Assembly: GCA_038087875.1 (NCBI GenBank)
Contig: JAXLNO010000541.1
Coordinates: 1-33,390 of the forward strand
Reading direction: 5' to 3'
DNA: 33,390 nucleotides
From: Malacoraja senta
Lineage: Eukaryota
Part shown: piece after piece, positions 22,284-33,390 of the stretch
Position numbering within the stretch: the first letter of the stretch is position 1
How the letters are laid out: every line of letters begins with the position of its first letter
Position numbers and translations under genes: made by a program
Notes under the pieces: generated by a model
The model's input: only the letters and a program-made list of their open reading frames with translations
What the model was told of the DNA's origin: nothing
The model's database searches: none

Positions 22284-23418
22284 CTCTTTTAGAAAGGAGG
22301 TGAGGAGGAACTTTTTTAGTCAGAGGGTAGTTAATCTGTGGAACTCATTGCCACAAAGGGCTGTGGAGGCCAAGTCAGTGGATACGTTTAAGCCAGAGCG
22401 TGACAAATTCTTGATTAGAATGGTGTCAAGGGTTATACAATGATACAATACAATGATACAATTTATTTGTTGTCATTTGAACCTAAGTTCAAACGAAATT
22501 TGGTTTCTGCAGTCATACAAACAAGTAAAAAGAACCAAGACACAACACAATTTACACAAACATCCATCACAGTGAATCTCCTCCTCACTGTGATGGAAGG
22601 CAAAGTCTTATCTCTCCCCTGCACTCCACATTCTCCTCCCGATGTCAAAGTCAAAGACCCCGGCGGGCGATGGTAAATATGTCCCACGGCCATTAAAGCC
22701 ACGCCGGGCGATGCAAGGCCAAGCTCCGGGTCTTGATGTTAGAGCCCCCAGTAGCGCTAGCAAGTCCCGCGGCCATTAAAGCCACGCCGGGCGAAGCAAG
22801 GCCCCGCTCCAGGTCATTTTCAACCCCGCAACTCGGGCGGGAGAAGTTGCCGTTGCGGGAGCCCCGAAAAGCGGTCACCCACCAGGGACTCGCGAGCTCC
22901 CGATGTCACCGTCCACCGGGCCGGTGGCTGGAGCCTCCAAATCTCCGGGATCGGGCCGCAGCAGCGCGCCACCACAGCTCTCCACGCTCCGATCTTGGCC
23001 AGCTCCGCGAAGGTGAGTAAGTCCGCCGGCTCCGCGACTGGAGCCCCCAGGTCGTTCCGTTGGAGGCCGCTCCACGGTGCTAGGCCCCAACGACAACGGA
23101 GACCCGACACAGAAAGGTCTGGTCTCCCGTGCAGGGAAAATATTTTAAAAGTTTCCCCCACCCTACCCCCCACCCCCGCCCCCCCACACATACCCAGTCA
23201 AAAAAAACACTATAAACAAAACTCAAACGAAACAATAAATAAAAATAAAAAAGACAGACGGACTGCAGAGGCCGCTGCGACGTGAGTCGCGCCACTCACC
23301 TCTATGGGGAGAAGGCAGGAGAATGGGATTAAGAGGCAGAGATCAGCCATGATTGAATGCTGGAGTAGACTCAGTGGACTGAATGGCCTAATTCTACACC
23401 TTTAACGTGAAATTGTGA
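22284..23418 (+). mobile_element. CR1 3' fragment (22284-22436 and 23303-23418) split by a GC-rich element
   Basis: RRNFFSQRVVNLWNSLPQRAVEA; GGTTAT|GGGGAGAAGGCAGG is restored when 22437-23302 is removed. Confidence 0.82.
22437..23302 (-). mobile_element. GC-rich non-coding retroposon with a LINE-like (Rex/Babar-like) 3' tail
   Basis: Interrupts a CR1; minus strand ends ...AATTTCG...AATGACAACAAATAAA-(TTGTA/TCAT)n; internal 34-bp direct repeats and a 13-bp-stem hairpin. Confidence 0.6.
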
Positions 23419-24074
23419 CACCTGTTGTAGTGGTTTGCTTCTACTTGAACATGCCGCGTGCAGGGCCGGATTTACGTATAAGCTGGACAAGCTTAAGTTT
23501 AGGGCCTCGAGATCCAGGGGGGCCTCGCAGAGCCGGATTTACCACTAGGCTTCATAGGCTGGCCTAGGGCCTCGAAATCTAGGGGGCCTCCGGTCAAGGC
23601 AGGACACCTGCCGTTCAACTCTGGGCGGGCCCCCCTCTCTATCTCTCTCTCTCTCTCTCCGTCTCCCCCCGCCATCCGTATCCGGGCCGCCGGGTCCCCG
23701 CTCTCTGCTCCTCATCCGCCGGCATGGCAGGCTGCCTTGCACATGCGCATTGCTGCGGCCTGCACGTCCTCCGCCTGCACATGCGCACAACCACGGCCCG
23801 CACATCATCGGCCGCCCTGCGCATGCGCACTGCCACGGCAACTGGTCGGTGCTGGGCACTTTCTCCCTCGCTTTGAATTGTGGGAGATTTGGCCGCCATT
23901 GCTGTCCGGTCGCTGCCTCGCCGCAACCGCTGAAAACCAACGCAGAATCACTCCCTGACCCTGGACCAGGAGTAACTCCCTGGAGTAACTCTTGCTTCTG
24001 GTTTCCTGGTCCTCCATAAATATTCTAAATGGAATTTAAACTGGAGGTGGGAGAGGGCTGAACAATAACAGCCT

Positions 24075-24750
24075 ATTGTATTTTATCTGTTTATTTATTG
24101 TGTATATATATGGTCTATGGTATATAAACACACTGAACTTTTATCTCCTGTTCTGTATTATGTTCACATATTCTGTTGTGCTGCAGCAAGCAAGAATTTC
24201 ATTGGCCTATCTGGGACACATGACAATAAAACTCTCTTGACTCTTGACTTGGACTTAAGCAAAAAAGGGTTCTTGGGGAAAAAAGAGGTACCTTAAAGTT
24301 AGTTGCGTCTGGTTGGGTAACTATGGTAGGGTGAAGACTATTCCATGCTTTAATTGTGCGGGGGAACTCCATGGAGCAGCCAGCAACTCAGGATAGAAGA
24401 AATTGGGTGACGTTTCGGGTAGTGACCCTTCTTTAGACTCCCTCTGGTTTCAGTGTCTTTAGTTTAATTTAAAGATACAGCGTGGAAACAGGCCCTTCAG
24501 CCCACCGAGTCCATGCCGACCACTGATCACCCGTACACTAGTTCTTTCCCACACATTAGCGGAGTTAGTCAAGAGTCAAGAGTGTTTTATTCTCTCACGT
24601 CCCAGTTAGAACAATGAAATCCTTACTTGCAGCAGCACAACAGAATATGTAAACATAGTACTCTGTAAACAATGTTATAAACGAGAAAACAAAACGGTGT
24701 ATATTTATATATGAATATATAACTATATATATCTAATATATATCACATAT
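24075..24750. mobile_element. Two convergent Rex/Babar-like LINE tails (24075-24250 +, 24567-24750 -) around a hammerhead remnant and a V-SINE tail; duplicated at 26548-27223
   Basis: AATTTCATTG...TGACAATAAA-(CTCTTGA)n and its reverse complement. Confidence 0.55.
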
Positions 24751-24752
24751 TT

Positions 24753-24757
<5 letters not shown>

Positions 24758-24811
<54 letters not shown>

Positions 24812-24817
24812 TGCGTG
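24758..24817. repeat. (TG)n(CGTG)n microsatellite; the copy at 27231-27300 is 10 bp longer
   Basis: Directly visible. Confidence 0.95.
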
Positions 24818-27225
24818 TAATATATATACCCACACACACACAATTTCCCTCCTGTGATTAATAAAGTTATATCGTATAGTATCGTGTGTGTAGGAAGGAA
24901 CTGCAGATGCTGGTTTAAACTGAAGATAGACACAAAAAACCTGGAGTAACTCAACAGGTCAGACAGAATCTCTGGACAAAAGGAAAATATTACATTTTGG
25001 GTTGGGTCTGAAATAGGTACACCTTTGGAATGTGGAAGGAAACAAGAGGAGGAGATTCACTGTGATGGAAGGCAAAGTCTTATCTCTCCCCTGCACTCCA
25101 CATTCTCCTCCCGATGTCAAAGTCAAAGCCCCCGGCGGGCGATGGTAAATATGTCCCACGGCCATTAAAGCCACGCCGGGCGATGCAAGGCCACGCTCCG
25201 GGTCTTGATGTTAGAGCCCCCGGTAGCGTTAGCAAGTCCCGCGGCCATTAAAGCCACGCTGGGCGAAGCAAGGCCCCGCTCCAGGTCATTTTCAACCCCG
25301 CAACTCGGGCGGGAGAAGTTGCCGTTGCGGGAGCCCCGAAAAGCGGTCACCCACCAGGGACCCGCGAGCTCCCGATGTCACCGTCCACCGGGCCGGCGGC
25401 TGGAGCCTCCAAATCTCCGGGATCGGGCCGCAGCAGCGTGCCACCACAGCTCTCCACGCTCCGATCTTGGCCAGCTCCGCGATGGTGAGTAAGTCCGCCG
25501 GCTCCGCGACTGGAGCCCCCAGGTCGTTCCGTTGGAGGCCGCTCCACGGTGCTAGGCCCCAACGACAACGGAGACCCGACACAGAAAGGTCTGGTCTCCC
25601 GTGCAGGGAAAATATTTTAAAAGTTTCCCCCACCCTACCCCCCACCCCCCGCCCCCCCACACATACCCAGTCAAAAAATACACTATAAACAAAACTCAAA
25701 CGAAACAAAAAATAAAAATAAAAAAGACAGACGGGCTGCAGAGGCCGCTGCGACATGAGTCGCGCCACCCACCTCTATGGGGAGAAGGCAGGAGAATGGG
25801 ATTAAGAGGCAGAGATCAGCCATGATTGAATGCTGGAGTAGACTCAGTGGACTGAATGGCCTAATTCTACACCTTTAACGTGAAATTGTGACACCTGTTG
25901 TAGTGGTTTGCTTCTACTTGAACATGCCGCGTGCAGGGCCGGATTTACGTATAAGCTGGACAAGCTTAAGTTTAGGGCCTCGAGATCCAGGGGGGCCTCG
26001 CAGAGCCGGATTTACCACTAGGCTTCATAGGCTGGCCTAGGGCCTCGAAATCTAGGGGGCCTCCGGTCAAGGCAGGACACCTGCCGTTCAACTCTGGGCG
26101 GGCCCCCCTCTCTATCTCTCTCTCTCTCTCTCCGTCTCCCCCCGCCATCCGTATCCGGGCCGCCGGGTCCCCGCTCTCTGCTCCTCATCCGCCGGCATGG
26201 CAGGCTGCCTTGCACATGCGCATTGCTGCGGCCTGCACGTCCTCCGCCTGCACATGCGCACAACCACGGCCCGCACATCATCGGCCGCCCTGCGCATGCG
26301 CACTGCCACGGCAACTGGTCGGTGCTGGGCACTTTCTCCCTCGCTTTGAATTGTGGGAGATTTGGCCGCCATTGCTGTCCGGTCGCTGCCTCGCCGCAAC
26401 CGCTGAAAACCAACGCAGAATCACTCCCTGACCCTGGACCAGGAGTAACTCCCTGGAGTAACTCTTGCTTCTGGTTTCCTGGTCCTCCATAAATATTCTA
26501 AATGGAATTTAAACTGGAGGTGGGAGAGGGCTGAACAATAACAGCCTATTGTATTTTATCTGTTTATTTATTGTGTATATATATGGTCTATGGTATATAA
26601 ACACACTGAACTTTTATCTCCTGTTCTGTATTATGTTCACATATTCTGTTGTGCTGCAGCAAGCAAGAATTTCATTGGCCTATCTGGGACACATGACAAT
26701 AAAACTCTCTTGACTCTTGACTTGGACTTAAGCAAAAAAGGGTTCTTGGGGAAAAAAGAGGTACCTTAAAGTTAGTTGCGTCTGGTTGGGTAACTATGGT
26801 AGGGTGAAGACTATTCCATGCTTTAATTGTGCGGGGGAACTCCATGGAGCAGCCAGCAACTCAGGATAGAAGAAATTGGGTGACGTTTCGGGTAGTGACC
26901 CTTCTTTAGACTCCCTCTGGTTTCAGTGTCTTTAGTTTAATTTAAAGATACAGCGTGGAAACAGGCCCTTCAGCCCACCGAGTCCATGCCGACCACTGAT
27001 CACCCGTACACTAGTTCTTTCCCACACATTAGCGGAGTTAGTCAAGAGTCAAGAGTGTTTTATTCTCTCACGTCCCAGTTAGAACAATGAAATCCTTACT
27101 TGCAGCAGCACAACAGAATATGTAAACATAGTACTCTGTAAACAATGTTATAAACGAGAAAACAAAACGGTGTATATTTATATATGAATATATAACTATA
27201 TATATCTAATATATATCACATATTT

Positions 27226-27294
<69 letters not shown>

Positions 27295-27502
27295 TGTGTG
27301 TAATATATATACCCACACACACACAATTTCCCTCCTGGGATTAATAAAGTTCTATCGTATAGTATCGTGTGTGTAGGAAGGAACTGCAGATGCTGGTTTA
27401 AACTGAAGATAGACACAAAAAACCTGGAGTAACTCAACAGGTCAGACAGAATCTCTGGACAAAAGGAAAATATTACATTTTGGGTTGGGTCTGAAATAGG
27501 TA

Positions 27503-27658
27503 CACCTTTGGAATGTGGAAGGAAACAAGAGCACCCGGAGAAAACCCATGCGATCAAAGGGAAAAGGAGCAAACTCCATACAGACAGCACCCATATTCAG
27601 GATCAATTCCGGATCTCTGGCACTTTTAGGCAGCAACTTTATGGCCAATGTACAGCCC
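27503..27658 (-). mobile_element. Old V-SINE core and head
   Basis: TTTGGAATGTGGAAGGAAAC...CACCCGGAGAAAACCCA...GGATCAATTCC. Confidence 0.7.
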
Positions 27659-27677
27659 CATAGTCTTGAATGTAATT

Positions 27678-28285
27678 AAAGTGTAGCATTTCCTGCGGTT
27701 GCAAGGGAAAGTGCCAGGAGAGGGGGTGGTTTGGGTGGGAAGGGACGAATTGACCAGGGAGTTACGGAGGGAGCGATCTCTGCGGAAAGCCAACAGGGGA
27801 GGAGATGGGAAGATGTGGCCAGTGGTGGGATCCCATTGGTAGACAAAAAAGCTGGAGAAAAGCAGCTGGGTAAGGCAGCATCTGTGGAGCGAAGGAATAG
27901 ACAACGTTTCAGGTCGAGACCCTTCTTCAGATTGATGTCGGGGGGGGGGGTGACATGAAAAAGAAAGGAAGAGGCGGAGACAGTGGGCTGTGGGAGAGCT
28001 GGGAATGGGAGGGGAAGGAGGGAGAAAGCAAGGACTACCTGAAATTAGAGAAGTCAATGTGCATACCGCTGGGGTGTAAACTACCCAAGCAAATATGAGG
28101 TGCTGCTCCTCCAATATGCGGTGGGCCTACCTCTGGCCATGGAGGAGGCCCAGGACAGAAAGGTCGGATTCGGAATGGGAAGGGGAGTTGAAGTGTTGAG
28201 CCACCGGGATATCAGTTTGGTTATTGCGAACTGATTGGAGGTGTTGTGCGAAGCGATCGCCAAGCCTGCGCTTGGTCTCACCGAG
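27678..28285 (-). mobile_element. Penelope-like element fragments: GIY-YIG C-half, 3' region with hammerhead, RT-endonuclease linker
   Basis: GETKRRLGDRFAQH..VAQHFNSPSH..EEQHLIF; PPLLAFRRDRSLRNSLV..GTFPCNRRKCYT; CTGAAGAAGGGTCTCGACCTGAAACGTT at 27930-27903. Confidence 0.88.
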
Positions 28286-28289
28286 GTTG

Positions 28290-28635
28290 ATCAACCACAT
28301 TTTTGTTTGGAAGTGGAAAGAAATAATAGAAATTGCATTCATTGCAACGTGTAAAAAGAGTTGAGATACTGTATTTTGCTGCATGTCATTGTGGTATATA
28401 TCATGTCTTGATTGGTGAATATGTTTAGTTTGTGGCTTTATTTGAAGCAGAAATAATATGTGAGTGCTTCATTGAGCATAATTCCGACTGGTAACTAAGC
28501 ACTTCGTCCAAGCACATTATCGCACGCGTCATGCAAGCCGTCTTAAATGACCACCTAAACTGTCATTTGGCAACTTAAAAAGCTGCCAAGGTGGCCCGGC
28601 TGACAACAGAGAAATTTTTTTTAGTGAGAGCCCTG
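28290..28635. mobile_element. Possible orphan right end of a second hAT-like element
   Basis: Ends TTTTTTTTAGTGAGAGCCCTG (CAGGGC-type terminus); no partner end found. Confidence 0.3.
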
Positions 28636-30032
28636 CAAGGTGTATAATATTTTTGACACTGTCATATGCCTTTCTTACATATGCTGTCACAATGCACTGT
28701 AGTCTCTAAACAACCCTTCAGTAATTTTCCTTGCTCTCCATTTCAGAATAATAGTGTTTTAAGCCAATAACTCGACACTAGCACTGGCAATAAATAAATA
28801 AATAAATAAAGCACAGCTTTCCAGCCCCTTATCTCATTGGCCACGCTCGGCTGAAAATTGGTGTCAATCTGGTGGACCATTTTCCTCTAGTCGTAGGGGC
28901 GGGGGATTAGGGGGGGGGACCTCACAATTGGAACAGCATAGGGCCTCTCTTCATCTAAATCCGTCCCTGGCCGCGTGACTAGGAGAATGATTAGAGGTAC
29001 ATAGAGAAGGAGAAACTGGAAAGAAAGAGCAGAAAAGTGGGAGTGGGTTTTTAGAAGAAATCCATATCCACCCATGGCGACCAGAGAATATTCTACACTA
29101 GCGAATCAGAGACCAAATTGCCTAGTAATTATAGAGCATAGTATCCTGTTCTTACTCTTTATCATTCAACCTCAATAAAGAACAATGAATCAGAAAAGAA
29201 AGTTGTGGATTTAATTCGAGTTCCAGGAAATGTGCAATTTTCCTCCTGGGTCCACCGTGCTTCACACACACTAATGTGTGGAGAAGCCAGGACATGCAGT
29301 GTCCAAGCAAGTGTCCATGCACAGTAACTGATGTACATCTGGACAGCTAGAAACCCCCCCAGAAAGTTGGTCATCAGAAGACGTTGGGTTCTTTGTATAC
29401 AAATTACACAAAGTTAACGTGGGAGGATGTTTTTTCCTAGCGAACAGTGTGAAGAACCACTGTGATTTCTCAACACAAAAGGCATGAAGTGAGATATAGA
29501 GGGTCAACCAAGATCATATTAATTGGCAGAGTAACCTCAGAGGATGAAGTGGCTACCCCTGCCACTAATCTCACCATCAGGAGGGAATATGGAAGGAGGC
29601 AACTGCTGTATAACAGGCAATATCGTTTATGCACGTTAACTTTGCATTCCCTTAACAGCTGGCTTTTATATGACTTTGCCTACCTTAGCAGTTCTCTCTC
29701 AGGGTCTGCCCAATGGCCATTGTAAAGATGCTGATTTTCAGTATCAAAGAAGCAACAGATGGTTGCAGGGTGATCTCAACAAATTCTCGGCCAGCAAACC
29801 TTGTTACAGACAGACAGTGGTTGTTTGCCTTATAGCATTGCAGCAGATTGCCTTGCACAATGCTGAGGTGAATTTATAAATATTAAGTACATCTTGATTG
29901 GTGAGTGATGGCAAAAATGTTGAATTAATCAAAGCCTAGTTGGTGATACAATTAGCAGGATATGGTATTTTCAATTGGCTGCACGTTCAAGTTGGTTAAA
30001 CCTTCTGCACTTCTAATCGCTTTAGGTTTGGT

Positions 30033-30461
30033 CATAAGGTTATAAATGATAAGAGCAGAATTAAGCCATTCAGCCAATCTGGTCTACTCTGCCATTCAAT
30101 CATGGCTGATCTATCTCTCCCCCTTAACCCCATTCTCCTGCCTTCTCCCCATACTACCCAACTACGGGTGCTGTCTGTACGGAGTTTGTACATTCTCCCC
30201 GTGACCTGCGTGGGTTTTTTCCAAGATCTTCAGTTTCCTCCCACACTCCAAAGACATACAGGTTTTGAGGGTTAATTGGCTTGGTAAATGTAAATATTGT
30301 CCCTAGTGGATGTAGGATAGTGTTATTGTGCGGGGATCGCTGGTCGGCATGGACCTGGTGGGCCGAAGGGCCTGCCTTCGCGCTGTATCTCCAAACTAAA
30401 CTAAATAACCCCTGACACCTATACTAATCAACGATCTATCTATCTCTGCCTTAAAAATATC
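30033..30461 (-). mobile_element. CR1 3' tail split by a 5'-truncated + strand V-SINE (30154-30405)
   Basis: CCTTCTCCCCATA|...|ATAACCCCTGACACC rejoin; V-core and (CTAAA)n lie in between. Confidence 0.82.
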
Positions 30462-32094
30462 ATGGTTGAATCCTAGATTAACCACCACACCTGTAATTCT
30501 CAAAGCCTCCTTGCTCTTCTACGGACAGATATCGTATCTGCTCCTCCCCACTTCCTTCAAAACGTTTTTGTTCATTGTCCTCTCTCCACCTCCTCCAAAC
30601 ATGTCTCTTTGGAGGAGGTGGTGCAGACAATAGAATGAAAATTGTTCATTCAAACTATAGTATGGCGTGAAACAATTCACTTACCAAATCCGTTGACTTT
30701 TCTTAGCATTTATTTAAAAAAATTATAACTGGTGCCACATTGAGCACTTTTACAGTGTGGACTTATAAACACACACACAACATTTTAGTAGTTAAAGTTA
30801 TTTCACCTTACATGGCCATTGAATAACACCAGAGAGCAGAGAACCTAATTATTCTCAATTACATTCAAACCTTTGTTCCAAATGTTTGATGGCAGTGCTT
30901 TTTAATTGACGCAAACAATTTTAAGCCTCTGATCAGGTTCAGATACCCTGAACATTATTTCACCAATAATTACTAAGAGCCAACCTATTGCAATCTTGCA
31001 TTAATATAGCAGAAAATTGATGCAAGTGAAACCAGGCTTTTCAAGAACACTTAGCACACTTGATTTAGTTCATGAAGTGTCTGGTAAACAACATAATTAG
31101 ACTTTTGACTGCAATTATGACTTGTCAATAAATTACTATTGAAGAAAATCTCTTGAAGGTTGCAAGAATGCATGAGAGATCATGTTGCCTTTAAAACAAT
31201 ACCATTGATTATGGTCTGTAAAGGAGCCACAGTACCTTCAATATTGAATGGTTTTAACTTGACAGCAACACTTCACTATAAGCATTGAAAAATAAAATAT
31301 TTACATTAATTATGGAGAAGACAACTTAAATATTCTTTTGGCCTGTTTTGTGTTCTAATTTTGGATTATTTTAATTCAAACAGAGCCACCCGGGAGATGC
31401 ATCTATTTTTTTCGCAAATGAGGAAACTGAATTAATTTTATCAGCTCTATCAAAGGTGTTACATTAAAATCTACAATGCCAGCTATAATTACTTCTTCTA
31501 GATGACTCCTCCAATAATATTCACAGCAATCACATGTTGAGAAAAAGAAGTCAAAATACATAAATTGCTAGATTAAAATTTGATGTTATGAGATAATTAT
31601 AGATGCTTTGCAACAACTTTTAATTACAGACCTAATAACAGAATTACACTTATCGTTCATGACATTAATTAATCTCCAGCTGGGCATGTACTTGGTTAGT
31701 CCCAAAAGCATCTCATATTTACATCTATTCTTAAGTGAACAAGGAGTTCCTTGTAATCATAATTGAAAAGAAGTGTGTAGATGGTTTATATTGACCCTTG
31801 AGGCTTTACTATAGGATCATGTTTTTTCTGTACCACCCTAGTCCCAGACTCAAAAGCCTCAGGCTAAAATGTACACATTATCTCTGTGCTTAAGACAGAG
31901 AGCTCCAAATGTTTCCAATGAGATAATAAATCTCTTTTCATGTTGGTCAAAAATAGCTGATCTCTGAAATGGAAATCTGTATTGTTTTCTCTGGAGCATT
32001 GGTGATCTGATGTAAAATTATGAGTGAAATCGATAGGGTGAATAGTTAGTCTTATTTTCTCTGGATGGAAATGTCAAATTACCAGAGAGCATAA

Positions 32095-32899
32095 TGGGCC
32101 TGCCCCACTTTGGCGATTTTTCAGGCGACTGCCGGCGACTGTCCAGTTGCCGGCAGTCGCCTGAAAAAACGGCAACTGGAACGGCGACTGTCAGAGTGGA
32201 ACACACACACACGCAAACACATCGCTTCCTTCACCACCCCTTTATGCAGGCGGGGGACAGGGCAAGTGAGGGGAGCGCTGTCTGAATGAAATTCACACGG
32301 TGCAAAGCAAATGTGATACAGACACACACCGCAAATGAACAGGAAGGTTGGCGCTGTAATTAAGAAGCTAAAAAGCACAGTGTACAGTAAGTCCTTTAAA
32401 AGGAGGTGGGGAGAGGAGGGGAGAAGGGGGAGAGAGGGGGAGAAGGGGGGAGAAGGAGTGGAGACAACTTTTAAGAAGCCAGAGATAGATGGCTGTGAAG
32501 TTCGGGGACAATAACATTACCGGTCGGTTATCCTTGGTTCGGGAAAACTACTGCTTACGTTTTATTTCCAATGAGCCAATGAAATTCACCGATCAGCACT
32601 GGCTACAACCTACGAGAATTTACGAGAACCTTCGACCTCCTGGCAACCCACTAGGACCTCCTGGCGACCCACCTACGGCAAGAGAATTCTTGCTACTCTC
32701 CATGGCAGCTTCATTCTAGTCGCCGCAAATTTTTCAACATAATCGACCATAATTGAGGCTGCGAATAGTTCCCAGAATGCGGGGACTCCTCACGATCATG
32801 AGGTGACTCCCGGCAACCACCGCGAACATGTGGCGACCATGTGGCGACTGCATAGTCTCCTGTAGATGCCTAAAAAGTCGCCTAAGTGAGACAGGCCCA
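32095..32899. mobile_element. PIF/Harbinger-like non-autonomous element
   Basis: TAA-TGGGCCTGCCCCACTTTGGCGATTTTT ... AAAAAGTCGCCTAAGTGAGACAGGCCCA-TTA; repeated subterminal GGCGAC motifs. Confidence 0.8.
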
Positions 32900-32925
32900 T
32901 TACTTTAAGGTAAGAGGGGGAAAGT

Positions 32926-33018
32926 CTGAAGAAGGGTCTCGACCCGAAACATCACCCATTCCTTCTCTCCAGAGATGCTGCCTGTCCCGTAGAGTTACTC
33001 CAGCATTTGTGTCTATCT
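32926..33018 (+). mobile_element. Short Penelope-derived repeat with hammerhead core
   Basis: CTGAAGAAGGGTCTCGACCCGAAACATCACC; flanked by AAAGT at 32921-32925 and 33019-33023. Confidence 0.8.
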
Positions 33019-33390
33019 AAAGTTTGAAAGAGATGTAATGAGGGTATGCACTGACAAGTGAAGTGGTGGAAGCAGATATGATCACCATGCTTAGGAGGAA
33101 TTTAGACAGACACATGAACAAGAACTGTTTCATATTGAATCTTGGTCAGCACAGACATCATAGCTGAAGGGACTATTCCTGTGTCTCACTGTTCTATTTT
33201 CTATGTTCTATGTAAGTCATTACTTTTGAAATAAATACAAATTGCTGCTAACATTTATTTCACATTTCATACCAGCATGGAAAATTATAATTTACATTTG
33301 GTGTTTCAGTGCTATTTATTTATTTACCTAAATCAACATTCTTATTGCAAGCTATTTTATAGGCTAACAGAAATGTAATAAAAAACAAAA

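Larger units (their letters stand above)
22585..27531 (+). repeat. Tandem duplication, unit about 2.47 kb (22585-25048 and 25057-27531)
   Basis: Near-identical sequence at offset 2472-2483; identical ORF translations, e.g. 23545-23940 and 26018-26413. Confidence 0.97.
23461..28969. mobile_element. hAT-superfamily non-autonomous element with left ends at 23461 and 25934 and right end at 28969
   Basis: TIR CAGGGCCGGATTTA / TAAATCCGTCCCTG (13/14); 8-bp TSD GCCGCGTG at 23453-23460, 25926-25933 and 28970-28977. Confidence 0.88.
31980..33212 (+). mobile_element. Old CR1 3' fragment interrupted by Harbinger-like and Penelope-derived insertions
   Basis: TTGTTTTCTCTGGAGC...CATA|CTTTAAGGTAAGAGGGGGAAAGT|TTGAAAG...TTCTATGTTCTATG. 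Confidence 0.75.

Noticed and set aside
22693..26492. Many overlapping GC-rich ORFs
   Set aside because: Expected from stop-poor GC-rich repeats; no recognisable domain; duplicated passively.
29462..29879. QRSN and EYGR strings as annexin exon 3
   Set aside because: They lie in separate ORFs with wrong spacing and no matching phase-1 acceptor / phase-0 donor pair.
30678..30710. Minus-strand ATG...TTTG|GTAAGT mini-exon (MLRKVNGF)
   Set aside because: A lone donor motif with no supporting homology; expected by chance.

Overview
Repeat-dense vertebrate genomic DNA, most likely from a cartilaginous fish such as a skate or ray (inferred from the CR1, V-SINE and Penelope repeat families). The host gene is missed by the ORF track: the first two coding exons of an annexin A10-like gene on the + strand (15769-15786 MYCGQM; 19503-19584 NQGTIFPSTDFNPDQGAETLASALQGM). 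The window is therefore about 15 kb of upstream DNA, intron 1 and part of intron 2. Upstream lies a full-length but decayed DIRS1-type tyrosine-recombinase retrotransposon (1207-6016, minus strand; gag, RT, RNase H, Dam-like methyltransferase, YR) inside a CR1 LINE, with intact ITRs and internal complementary region. The rest is nested CR1 LINEs, tRNA-derived V-SINEs, Penelope fragments, short Penelope-derived repeats carrying hammerhead-ribozyme cores, and Tigger/pogo, hAT and Harbinger non-autonomous elements. A 2.47-kb tandem duplication (22585-27531) has a hairpin-templated junction and gives one hAT element two left ends. All calls are by eye; no database search was run.
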